From NCBI RefSeq assembly GCF_022045235.1, contig NW_027266343.1, positions 372,001-436,000 on the forward strand: a DNA stretch of 64,000 bases. The letters are read 5' to 3'. Positions 51,821 to 63,874 of the stretch are shown here, piece by piece. The first letter of the stretch is position 1. Every line of letters begins with the position of its first letter. A program made the position numbers and the translations under genes. The stretch is from Haliotis cracherodii. Taxonomy: Eukaryota. The notes under the pieces are model-generated. The model made no database searches and was not told where the DNA came from. It was given only the letters and a program-made list of their open reading frames with translations.

Positions 51821-54800
51821 CAGTGGGGAAGGTGAGAGGATGGTAGCGGGAAGGTGAGAGAATGGGAGCGGGGAATGGAGAGGGTGGTAGTGGGGAAGGG
51901 AGAGGATGAAAGTGGGGAAGAGAGAGGATGGGAGTGGGGAAGGGAGAGGATGAAAGTGGGGAAGAGAGAGGATGGGAGTGGGGAAGGGAGAGGATGAGAG
52001 TGGAGAACGTGAGAGAATGGTAGTGGGGAATAGAGAGGATGACAGTAGGGAAGGGAAAGGATGGGAATAGGGAAGGGAGAGAACGGGAGTGAGAAGGGAG
52101 CTGAACGGAGTAAAGATGGTATTGGGGAAGGGAGAGGAAGGTATTGGGGAAGGGGACGATGGGAGTGGGGAAGGGAGATGATGGGAGTAGAGAAGGGAGA
52201 AGATGGGAGTGGGGAAGGTGAGAGGATGGCAGTGGGGAAGGGAGAAGATGGGAGTGGGAAAGGTGAGAGGATGGGAGTGGGGAAGAGAGATGATGGGATT
52301 TGAGAAGGGGGAGGATGGCAGTGGGGAAGGTGAGAGGATGGTAGCGGGAAGGTGAGAGAATGGGAGCGGGAAATGGAGAGGATGAAAGTGGGGAAGGAAG
52401 AGGATGGGAGCGGGGAAGGGTGAGGATGGGAGCGGGGAAGGGAGACAATTGGAATCGGGAAGGGAGAGGATGGTAGTGGGAAATGTGAGGATGGGAGCAT
52501 GGAAGGTGAGAGGATGGGAGTGGGGAATGGAGAGGATGGGAGTTGGGAAGGGAGAAAATGGGAGTGGGGACGGGAAAAGATAGGAGTGGGGAAGGTGAGA
52601 GAATGGGAGTGGTGAAGAGAGAAGATGGGAGTGGGGAAGGTGAGAGGAAGGGAAATGGGAAGAGAGAGGCTGGGATTTGGGAAGGGAGAGGATGGGATTG
52701 GGAAATGTGAGAGGATGGGAGAATGGTAGGTGAGAGGATGGGAGTGGGAAATGTGAGAGGATGGGAGCATGGAAGGTGAGAGGATGGGAGTGGGGAATGG
52801 AAAGGATGGGAGTGGGGAAGGTAGAGGATGGGAGTGGAGAAGGGAGAGGATGGGAGTTGGGACGGGAAAAGATAGAAGTGGGGAAGGTGAGAGGATGGGA
52901 GTGGTGAAGAGAGAAGATGGGAGTGGGAAATGTGAGAGGATGGGAGAATGGTAGGTGAGAGGATGGGAGTGGGAAATGTGAGAGGATTGGAGCATGGAAG
53001 GTGAGAGGATGGGAGTGGGGAAGGGAGAGGATGGGAGTAGGGAAGGTCAGAGGATGGGAGCGGGTGAAGGTGAGAGAATTGGAGTGGAAAAGGGAGACAA
53101 TGGGAATCGGGAAGGGAGAGGATGGTATTGCGAAATGTGAGACGATGGGAGCATGGAAGGTGAGATGATGGTAGTGGGGAAGGGAGAGGATGGGAGTAGG
53201 GAATGGAGAGGGTGGTAGTGGGGAAGGGAGAGGATGAGAGTAGGAAGGGAGATGATGGGATTGGCGAAGGGAGATGGTGGTAATGGTGAAGGGAGGGAAA
53301 GGTATTTGGGAAGGGGTGGATGGGAATGGGGAAGGGACATGATGGGAGTAGAGAAGTGAGAGGATTGGAGTGGAGAAGGGAGATGATGTGGGGAAAAGGG
53401 GGAAGATGCCAGTGGGGAAGGCGAGAGGATAGTAGTTGGGAAGGGAGAGGATGGTTGTGGGGGAGGGAGAGGATGGGAGTGGGGAAGGAAGAGGATTGGA
53501 GTGGAGAAGGGAGATGATGGTAGCGCTAATAGATGGGAGTGGGAAAGGTGAGAGGGTGGGAAAGGGGAAGAGCGAGGATGGGAGTGGGAAATGTGAGAGG
53601 ATGGGAGAATGGTAGGTGAGAGGATGGGAGTGGGAAATGTGAGAGGATGGGAGCATGGAAGGTGAGAGGATGGGAGTGGGGAATTGAGAGGATGGGAGAG
53701 GGGAATGGAGAGGATGGGAGTGGGGACGGGAAAAGATAGGAGTGGGGAAGGTGAGAGGATGGGAGTGGTGAAGAGAGAAGATGGGAGTGGGGAAGGTGTG
53801 AGGATGGGAAAGGGGAAGAGAGAGGCTGGGATTGGGGAAGGGAGAGGATAGGAGTGGGAAATGTGAGAGGATGGGAGAATGGTAGGTGAGAGGATGGGAG
53901 TGGGAAATGTGAGAGGGTGGGAGCATGGAAGGTGAGAGGATGGGAGTGGGGAATTGAGAGGATGGGAGAGGGGAAAGGGGAGGATGGGAGTGGGGACGGG
54001 AAAAGATAGAAGTGGGGAAGGTGAGAGGATGGGAGTGGTGAAGAGAGAAGATGGGAGTGGGGAAGGTGTGAGGATGGGAAAGGGGAAGAGAGAGGCTGGG
54101 ATTGGGGAAGGAAGAGGATAGGAGTGAGAAATGGGAGAGGATGGGAGAATGGTAGGTGAGAGGATGGGAGTGGGAAATGTGAGAGGATGGGAGCATGGAA
54201 GGTGAGAGGATGGTATTGGGGAATAGAGAGGATGGGAGTGGGGAAGGGAGAGGATGGGAGTAGGGAAGGTGAGAGGATGGGAGCGGGTGAAGGTGAGAGA
54301 ATTGGAGTAGGTAAGGGAGATGATTGGAGTGGGGAAGGCGAGAGGATAGTAGTGAGGATGAGGGTGGGAGTGGGGAAGGGAGAGGATGGTAGTGGGGAAG
54401 GGAGAGGATGGTAGTGGGGAAGGGAGAGGATGGGAGTGGGGAAGGCGAGAGGATAGTAGTGGGGAAGGGATAGGATGGGAGTGGGGAAGGGTGAGGATGG
54501 GAGATGGGAGGGAAAGAATGGGAGTCGGGAAGGGAGAGGATGGGATTAGGGAACGGAGAAGATGAGAGTGGGGAATGGAGAGGATGAGAGTAGAGAAGGG
54601 AGAGGATTGGAGTAGGGAAGGGAGAGAATGGGAGTGAGAAGGGAGAGGAAGGTATTGGGTAGGGTTAGGATGGGAGTGGGGAAGGGAAAGGATAGGAGTA
54701 AGGAAGGCGAGAGGATAGTAGTGGGGAAGGTGATATGATGGGATTGGGGAAGGGAGATGATGGGAGTGGGAAATGTGAGAGGATGGGAGAATGGTAGGTG

Positions 54801-57800
54801 AGAGGATGGAAGTGGGAAATGTGAGAGGATGGGAGCATGGAAGGTGAGAGGATGGGAGTGGGGAATTGAGAGGATGGGAGATGGGAAGGGAGAGGATGGG
54901 AGTGGGGACGGGAAAAGATAGGAGTGGGGAAGGTGAGAGGATGGGAGTGGTGAAGAGAGAAGATGTGAGTGGGGAAGGTGTGAGGATGGGAAAGGGGAAG
55001 AGAGAGGCTGGGATTGGGGAAGGGAGAGGATAGGAGTGGGAAATGTGAGAGGATGGGAGAATGGTAGGTGAGAGGATGGGAGTGGGAAATGTGAGAGGGT
55101 GGGAGCATGGAAGGTGAGAGGATGGGAGTGGGGAATTGAGAGGATGGGAGAGGGGAAGGGAGAGGATGCGAGTGGGGACGGGAAAAGATAGAAGTGGGGA
55201 AGGTGAGAGGATGGGAGTGGTGAAGAGAGAAGATGGGAGTGGGGAAGGTGTGAGGATGGGAAAGGGGAAGAGAGAGGCTGGGATTGGGGAAGGAAGAGGA
55301 TAGGAGTGAGAAATGGGAGAGGATGGGAGAATGGTAGGTGAGAGGATGGGAGTGGGAAATGTGAGAGGATGGGAGCATGGAAGGTGAGAGGATGGTATTG
55401 GGGAATAGAGAGGATGGGAGTGGGGAAGGGAGAGGATGGGAGTAGGGAAGGTGAGAGGATGGGAGCGGGTGAAGGTGAGAGAATTGGAGTAGGTAAGGGA
55501 GATGATTGGAGTGGGAAGGCGAGAGGATAGTAGTGAGGATGAGGGTGGGAGTGGGGAAGGGAGAGGATGGTAGTGGGGAAGGGAGAGGATGGTAGTGGGG
55601 AAGGGAGAGGATGGGAGTGGGGAAGGCGAGAGGATAGTAGTGGGGAAGGGATAGGATGGGAGTGGGGAAGGGTGAGGATGGGAGATGGGAGGGAAAGAAT
55701 GGGAGTCGGGAAGGGAGAGGATGGGATTAGGGAACGGAGAAGATGAGAGTGGGGAATGGAGAGGATGAGAGTAGAGAAGGGAGAGGATTGGAGTAGGGAA
55801 GGGAGAGAATGGGAGTGAGAAGGGAGAGGAAGGTATTGGGTAGGGTTAGGATGGGAGTGGGGAAGGGAAAGGATAGGAGTAAGGAAGGCGAGAGGATAGT
55901 AGTGGGGAAGGTGAGATGATGGGATTGGGGAAGGGAGATGATGGGAGTGGGAAATGTGAGAGGATGGGAGAATGGTAGGTGAGAGGATGGGAGTGGGAAA
56001 TGTGAGAGGATGGGAGCATGGAAGGTCAGAGGATGGGAGTGGGGAATTGAGAGGATGGGAGAGGGGAAGGGAGAGGATGGGAGTGGGGACGGGAAAAGAT
56101 AGGAGCGGGGAAGGTGAGAGGATGGGAGTGGTGAAGAGAGAAGATGGGAGTGGGGAAGGTGTGAGGATAGGAAAGGGGAAGAGAGAGGCTGGGATTGGGG
56201 AAGGGAGAGGATAGGAGTGAGAAATGGGAGAGGATGGGAGAATGGTAGGTGAGAGGATGGGAGTGGGAAATGTGAGAGGATGGGAGCATGGAAGGTGAGA
56301 GGATGGTATTGGGTAATAGAGAGGATGGGAGTGGGGAAGGGAGAGGATGGGAGTAGGGAAGGTGAGAGGATGGGAGCGGGTGAAGGTGAGAGAATTGGAG
56401 TAGGTAAGGGAGATGATTGGAGTGGGGAAGGCGAGAGGATAGTAGTGAGGATGAGGGTGGGAGTGGGGAAGGGAGAGGATGGTAGTGGGGAAGGGAGAGG
56501 ATGGTAGTGGGGAAGTGAGAGGATGGGAGTGGGGAAGGCGAGAGGATAGTAGTGGGGAAGGGATAGGATGGGAGTGGGGAAGGGTGAGGATGGGAGATGG
56601 GAGGGAAAGGATGGGAGTCGGGAAGGGAGAGGATGGGATTAGGGAACGGAGAAGATGAGAGTGGGGAATGGAGAGGATGAGAGTAGAGAAGGGAGAGGAT
56701 TGGAGTAGGGAAGGGAGAGAATGGGAGTGAGAAGGGAGAGGAAGGTATTGGGTAGGGTTAGGATGGGAGTGGGGAAGGGAAAGGATAGGAGTAAGGAAGG
56801 CGAGAGGATAGTAGTGGGGAAGGTGAGATGATGGGATTGGGGAAGGGAGATGATGGTAATGGGGAAAGGAGGGAAGGTATTGGGTAAGGGGGGATGGGAG
56901 AGGGGAAGGGTGAGGATTGGAGTGGGGAAGGTGAGAGAATTGGAATGGAAAAGGGAGATAATGGGAATGAGGAAGGGAGAGGATGGTAGTGGGAAATGTG
57001 AGAGGATGGGAGCATGGAAGGTGAGAGGATGGGAGTGGGGAATGGAGAAGATGGTGGTGGGGAAGAGAGAGGATGGGAGTAGGGAAGGGAGATGATGGCA
57101 GCAGAGAAGGGAGAGGATGGGAGTAGGGAAGGGAAATGATGTGGTGAAAAGGGAGAAGATGCCAGTATGATAGGGAGAGGGTGGTAGTGGGGAATGGAGA
57201 GACAGGATGTTTATTGGGAAGGGACATGATGGTAATGGGGAAGGGAGAGGAAGGTATTGGGGAAGGGGAGGATGGGAGTGGGGAAGGGAGATGATGGGAG
57301 CAGAGAAGGGAGAGGATGGTAATGAGGGGGGGAGATGAAGGTAGTGGGGAAGGGAGAGGATGGGAGTGGAGAAGGGAGATGATGTGAAAAGGGAGAAGAT
57401 GCCAGTATGATAGGGAGAGGGTGGTAGTGGGGAATGGAGAGACAGGATGTTTTTTGGGAAGGGACATGATGGTAATGGGGAAGGGAGAGGAAGGTATTGG
57501 GGAAGGGGAGGATGGGAGAGTGGAAGGGAGATGGTGGGAGTAGAGAAGAGAGAGGATGGGAGAGGAGAAAGGAGATGATGTGGTGAAAAGGGAGAAGATT
57601 CCAGTGGGGAATGGAGAGGGTGGTAGTGGGAAGAGACAGGATTGATATTAGGAAGGGACATGGTGGTAGTGGGGAAGGGAGAGGATGGTAGTGGGGAAGG
57701 AAGAGGATGGTTGTGAGGAAGGTGAGAGGATGGGAGTGGGGAAGGTGAGAGGATCGGAGTGGGGAAGATGAGCAGATGGTAGTGGGGAAGGTGAGAGGAT

Positions 57801-58149
57801 GGGAGTGGGGAATGGAGAGGATGAGAGTGGGGAAGGGAGAGGATGGGAGTAGGGAATGGAGATGATGGGAGTAGAGAAGGGAGCTGAACAGAGCAGGGAA
57901 GGGAGATGATGGTAATGAGGAATGGAGAGAAATGTATTGGGGAAGGGTGAGGATGGCAGTGGGAAAGGGAGATGATAGGAGCGGGGAAGGCGAGAGGATG
58001 GCAGTGGGGAAGGAAGATGATGGGAGTGGCTAAGGGAGAGGATGGTTGTGTGGAAAAGTGAGGATGAGAGATGATGAGATAAAGGAATTGTGATGATGGG
58101 AGTTGAGAGTGAGGATAGGAGTGGGGAAAGGGGTGGATTGAAGTCGGAT

Positions 58150-59095
58150 GCACAGCACTCAAATATGTGACTGTTGAAATCCTTAGGGTAAAATGCATAC
58201 CTTGAGATTATACTTTCTTCAGAGGCGGCCTGAACTAACCTGTACTGGCCACGTACATCGCACTCAAATATGTGACTGTTGAAATCCACAGGGCAAGATG
58301 ATCACCTTGAGAGTATACTTTCTACAGAGGCGGCCTGAACTAACCTGTACTGGCTACATACATAGCACTCAAATATGTAACTGTTGAAATTCTCAGGGCA
58401 AGATGCACACCTTGAGAGTATACTTTCTACAGAGGCGGGCTGAACTAACCTGTACTGGCTACATACAGCACTCAAATATGTGACTGTTGAAATCCTCAGG
58501 GCAAGATGCACACCTTGAGAGTATACTTTCTACAGAGGCGGCCTGAACTAACCTGTACTGGCTGTGTACAGCACTCAAATATGTGACTGTTGAAATCCAC
58601 AGGGCAAGATGATCACCTTGAGAGTATACTTTCTACAGAGGCGGGCTGAACTAACCTGTACTGGCTAAATACAGCACTCAAATATGTGACTGTTGAAATC
58701 CTCAGGGCAAGATGCACACCTTGAGAGTATACTTTCTACAGAGGCAGGCTGAACTAACCTGTACTGGCTACGTACAGCACTCAAATATGTGACTGTTGAA
58801 ATCCACAGGGCAAGATGATCACCTTGAGAGTATACTTTCTACAGAGGCGGGCTGAACTAACCTGTACTGGCTACGTACAGCGCTCAAATATGTGACTGTT
58901 GAAATCCACAGGGCAAGATGCACACCTTGAGAGTATACTTTCTACAGAGGCGGGCTGAACTAACCTGTACTGGCTACGTACAGCACTCAAATATGTGACT
59001 GTTGAAATCCACAGGGCAAGGTGATCACCTTGAGAGTATACTTCTTTCAGGGTCAGCCTGTACTAACCTTTACTGGCTATGCATACCTTGAGATT
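58150..59095 (+). repeat. 103-bp tandem repeat, ~9 copies
   Basis: CACTCAAATATG (one CGCTC variant) recurs at 58156, 58261, 58366, 58469, 58572, 58675, 58778, 58881, 58984. Confidence 0.96.
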
Positions 59096-59343
59096 TTACT
59101 TCCAACAGAAGTACTAGCAAAGTATACTGCAGTCAAACAATTGACTGATAAAAATCATCCGGGTAAATCAATGTCATGTTCTCACAAATGAGATACTGGT
59201 ACAAGAAAACAAAACACAGCTACTGATTTAATGAAATATTTATTGTTGTAGTCGCTTGATAAGATAGATGTATATCAAATTGATTAAAATCAGTGTTTGT
59301 ATCACCCAAGGTACTTTTAAGAAGAGATACAAGAGTAGGATAT

Positions 59344-59346
<3 letters not shown>

Positions 59347-59390
<44 letters not shown>
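59347..59390 (+). repeat. (GT)22 microsatellite
   Basis: Directly visible. Confidence 0.98.
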
Positions 59391-59394
<4 letters not shown>

Positions 59395-59529
59395 GAAAAG
59401 TATGGACTTTGTCAGAAAAATGGCTAATACAGATTATGTAACATATATAAAGCACACCATTAGCTGAATGACACAACCTTAGCATGAAACCACTAATCCA
59501 CTCAAATAACTAGGCTTACATCAAATCCC

Positions 59530-61640
59530 CCATCCACCCACCTTGATAAAACCACACATCCCCTCACCTACATAAAACCACTAATTCCACCCACTTACCC
59601 AAACCACATTAATCCACCAATCCACCCATCTACATAAAACCACCACTCCAACCACTTACCCAAACCACATAAAACCACCCATCCACCCACTTGGCCCACC
59701 TACATAAAACCACCACTCCACCCACCTACATAAAACCACCCATCCACCCACCTACATAAAACCACCCATCCACCCACTTACCCAAATCACATTAATCCAC
59801 CCACCCACCAACAACCATAAAACCACCACTCCATGCACTTACCCAAATCACATAAAACCACTCATTCCCTCACCTACATAAAACCACCACTCCACCCACT
59901 TACCCAAACCACATTAATCCACCCATCCACCCACCTACATAAAACCACCACTCCATGCACTTACCCAAACCACATAAAACCACCCATCCACCCACTTGGC
60001 CCACCTACATAAAACCACCACTCCACCCACTTACCCAAATCACATTAATCCCTCCATCCACCCACCACCATAAAACCACCACTCCATGCACTTACCCAAA
60101 CCACATAAAACCACTCATCCCCTCACCTACATAAAACCACTATTCCATGCACTTACCCAAACCACATTAATCCACCTATCCACCCACCTACATAAAACCA
60201 CCACTCCATCCACTTACCCAAACCACATAAAACCACCAATCCACCCACTTGGCCCACCTACATAAGACCACCACTCCACCCACTTACCCAAACCACATTA
60301 ATCCACCCATCCACCCATCTACATAAAACCACCACTCCACCCACTTACCCAAACCACATAAAACCACTCATCCCCTCACCTACCACCATAAAACCACTAC
60401 TCCACCCACTTACCCAAACCACATTAATCCACCCATCTACATAAAACCACCACTCCATCCACTTACCCAAACCACATAAAACCAATCATCCACCCACTTG
60501 GCCCACCTACATAAAAACACCACTCCACCCACTTACCCAAACCACATAAAACCACCCATCCACCCACCTACATAAAACCACCACTCCACCCACTTGGCCC
60601 ACCTACATAAAACCACCACTCCACCCACCTACATAAAACCACCCATCCACCCACCTACATAAAACCACCACTCCACCCACTTACCCAAATCACATTAATC
60701 CATCCATCCACCCACCACCATAAAACCACCACTCCATGCACTTACTAAACCACACAAAACCACCTATCCACCCACCTACATAAAACCACTACTCCATCCA
60801 CTTGGCCCAACTAAACCCACTCATCCACCCACCTACATAAAACAACTACTCCATCCACTTGGCCCACCTAAACCCACTCATCCACCCACCTACATAAAAC
60901 AACCACTCCACCCACTTACCCAAATCACATTAATCCATCCATCCACCCACCACCATAAAACCACCTCTCCATGCACTTACCAAACCACACAAAACCACCT
61001 AGCCCCCCACCTACATAAAACCACTACTCCATCCACTTGGCCCACCTAAACCCACTCATCCACCCACCTACATAAAACCACCACTCCACCCACTTACCCA
61101 AACCACATTAATCCACCCATCCACCCATCTACATAAAACCACCACTCCACCCACTTACCCAAACCACATTAATCCACCCATCTACATAAACCCACCACTC
61201 CACCCACTTACCCTAACCACATAAAACCACCCATCCACCCACCTACATAAATCCACCACTCCACCCACTTGGCCCACCTACATAAAACCATTACTCCACC
61301 CACCTACATAAAACCACCCATCCACCCACCTACATAAAACCACCACTCCACCCACTTACCCAAATCACATTAATCCATCCATCCACCCACCACCATAAAA
61401 CCACAACTCCATGCACTTACCAAACCACACAAAACCACCTATCCCCTTACCTACATAAAACCACTACTCCATCCACTTGGCCCACTCATCCACCCACCTA
61501 CATAAAACCACCACTCCACCCACTTACCCAAACCACATAAAACCACCACTTCACCCACTTACCCAAACCACATAAAACCACCACTCCACCAACTTAACTC
61601 ACCTACATAAAACCACCCCATCCACCCATTTAGACCAATC
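59530..61640 (+). repeat. C/A-rich mosaic minisatellite (CCACCTACATAAAACCACCACTCCACCCACTTACCCAAACCACATTAATCCACCCAT modules)
   Basis: Shuffled ~26-35-bp modules; + strand nearly devoid of G. Confidence 0.95.
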
Positions 61641-61798
61641 TACATACACCACTGATCCAGTCACTTATCCTGCATACATAGTCAATTGTATCAAACCTTT
61701 GGAACCATCCTCCCAACTACCTACATACAGAGACCTACCTATCTACGTATCTTACTATAAACTAATTAACATGCACACTCCAACTTACCACTGAAGTG

Positions 61799-62146
61799 TC
61801 ACTGCGAGGCTGCCTCGGTGCTCCCTGAATGATGGGAGTTGTCAGGCAGTCTCTTTAGTGGGCGTGGCTCGGTGGACGTCTTCTGCGCAGAGGAGTTGCC
61901 TTGCTTTCTCCTCCACACCTTGCGTCGGCCACTCTGTGTATCCATGGTAACCTGGAAGGCTGCCCGCTCCTTCCTCTCCCTCTCCTTCACCTCCTGCTTC
62001 AGCTCCACCATCTCCTGTCTCAGCTCCTTCAGCTTCCTGTCAATGATGGCCTGGAGTTCCTGACGGGACGCTTCCACCTTGCGCTGCTTGTTGCTCAACT
62101 CCTGCTTCAGATCATCGAGCTTCCTCTTGCGAGAACACTCCTGGGC
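61799..62146 (-). CDS. Unidentified protein, last coding exon: coiled coil (AQECSRKRKLDDLKQEL...KERERKE) and basic tail ending TEAASQ*
   Basis: ctgttgtag| acceptor, phase 0; heptad-like E/K/Q/L pattern; GC3-rich codons; TGA at 61801-61799; overlaps ORF-track entry 61799..62098. Confidence 0.8.
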   Translation of the reverse strand, partial: AQECSRKRKLDDLKQELSNKQRKVEASRQELQAIIDRKLKELRQEMVELKQEVKERERKERAAFQVTMDTQSGRRKVWRRKQGNSSAQKTSTEPRPLKRLPDNSHHSGSTEAASQ

Positions 62147-62468
62147 CTACAACAGACAACATAACTGTTATCAGAAGATTCTCAAGCTAGCATCTACATT
62201 CTCTGTCACTCTCAACATTACAGACAGAGCAGCTTTTTTATAATAACTTGACAGGAAAGCAGACAATCTATTACATGCCTGTCACTTTTCATGAATGTTA
62301 CGAGGTTGCTGCAATGTCAGTTAAGGCTTCAATGCCTGTTTCTGATCTACTGATGTTAAAGTTCAGTTAGATCATTTAATGTGTTGATAGCTTAGACCTT
62401 GAGCTTCTAGTTGGACACATGGAGAACCAGACAAGTGAGAATCAAATCTAAATCAAACAACAACTGAC

Positions 62469-62768
62469 TTTCTGTGAAGAAGCCTCCTGATTCTCTGAAG
62501 CAACATCAGCAGCAGCAGCAGCAGAAGCAGAAGCAGCAGCAGCAACATCAGACCTGGAGACCTCCTCCAGACTCATCCGGGCAAAGATTGGAACCAGCTG
62601 GTTCTCGATGCGGTGGTCTGTCTTTCGCTTGGTGTGGCGGATCCTCCTTGAGGGAGAAGGCAGATGAGGAGAGTGATCATCCTCCGGAACCAGACTGTCC
62701 TCAGCCTGGTGCTCCGTGGGACGGCTCTTCCTGCTCGAGGGATGCAGGCGTGGAGAGTCCTTGTCATC
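62469..62768 (-). CDS. Unidentified protein, 300-nt exon (DDKDSPRLHP...DVAAAASASAAAAADV...SSQK), disordered with Ala-rich tract
   Basis: cccattctag| ... AAA|gtcagt; exactly 100 open codons; phase 0-0. Confidence 0.78.
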
Positions 62769-63004
62769 CTAGAATGGGCAGAACATCTGGTGATGAGGGC
62801 AGAGCAGAGCATATGTCCACCACCCGTGACATGTTTATTGTATTGTATTAGAACCATAAGGGGCAACATGTGGATGGCCAATTGCAATTTACCCAAAGCT
62901 AATGTGAAGCTAGAGAGGCTTCATATTACAATACATAAATACTGAAGCAAAGACTTCTCATAAAGCCATAGCTAATGTGTCCTTGCATTAATGACAGTAC
63001 TAAC

Positions 63005-63040
63005 CTTGTCTTCATCGTACCAAACCCGGAGACCCCTTTC
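63005..63040 (-). CDS. Unidentified protein, 36-nt exon (ERGLRVWYDEDK)
   Basis: tattttag| ... AAG|gttagt, phase 0-0. Confidence 0.65.
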
Positions 63041-63313
63041 CTAAAATATATTTAAAAAATTGTGAGAAAAATCAGTGAAAGAAAAACACAAAATTCCATT
63101 GAACCCAATAAACCCTCTTTGACAGTAATAACCGTGAAGTAAGAAAAATGCAAACTGCCTACAACAGGATAATGTTTTGCAATGACTTATGTTGAAAACA
63201 ATAATATTAGTTATTGTTGATGTTGATGTTTGAGGCCACAGTGTCATTTATGGGGGTCCTACACTATGGGGAACGACATTCTGAGGTCACAGCACCCATG
63301 ACTGAGGTCCTAC

Positions 63314-63391
63314 CTGTGGACGTTTAAAGCTGGGTTTGCTGTAGTCCAAGGGGTGAGGGCGGCCAGCAGATTTCTTGACAGAGGGACACGT
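63314..63391 (-). CDS. Unidentified protein, 78-nt exon (TCPSVKKSAGRPHPLDYSKPSFKRPQ)
   Basis: cctag| ... CAG|gtagga, phase 0-0, open frame. Confidence 0.68.
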
Positions 63392-63874
63392 CTAGGTCAT
63401 GGATGATATCAGTTTTAGATTTAGACCATAACAAATTCCCACAACATAGTTACATACTAATACTAAGAGCAGTCATTGCCAAGGTGGGAAGACCTGCCCC
63501 ATTATGTATGGTACACTGATCAAATCATGCACTTGTTATCACTACTGCATCGCTCAGCCCTCATCTCGCCCTCTCACAGAATCTCCATACATGCATCTCT
63601 CTTGGAAATACAAAGGCATAGAGGGAGATTTTGTGACGCTTCATGTGGTCTGTTCGAGATCATTATTTGCCACACAGGCATGGCCAATGCGGTTCTTTCA
63701 ATAGTGAACCATATTTAATGACTACTGACTTAAAACGAACATTTAAAATAAGGATAATTTGGGCTATTAGCTGTCTTCCACAATTTATCAATGTATGTAA
63801 AGTATTATTATATCAGTTGATATTTTTATTTCCGAAAGACGATTAAGGTTATATTTCCTAAAATATTTCTATAC

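Larger units (their letters stand above)
20978..58140 (+). repeat. ~37-kb G/purine-rich satellite, 22-bp consensus GGGAGTGGGGAAGGGAGAGGAT, with variant monomers and higher-order duplications
   Basis: Continuous degenerate monomers; extreme G+A strand bias; interrupted only by ten GC-rich islands. Confidence 0.97.

Noticed and set aside
54655-56765. GGGTAGGGTTAGG telomere-like words (3 copies)
   Set aside because: Isolated variants inside duplicated satellite blocks; no (TTAGGG)n run.
20862-58289. Long Pro/Ser/His/Leu ORFs (up to 1238 aa) on the - strand resembling extensins or mucins, and Gly/Glu/Trp ORFs on the + strand
   Set aside because: The 22-bp unit is not a multiple of 3, all three frames give the same rotating peptide, the pyrimidine strand is compositionally poor in stops, and indels ignore frame.
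62474-62851. + strand polyQ ORF
   Set aside because: Antisense of the - strand exon 62469-62768, which has proper splice sites and matching phases.
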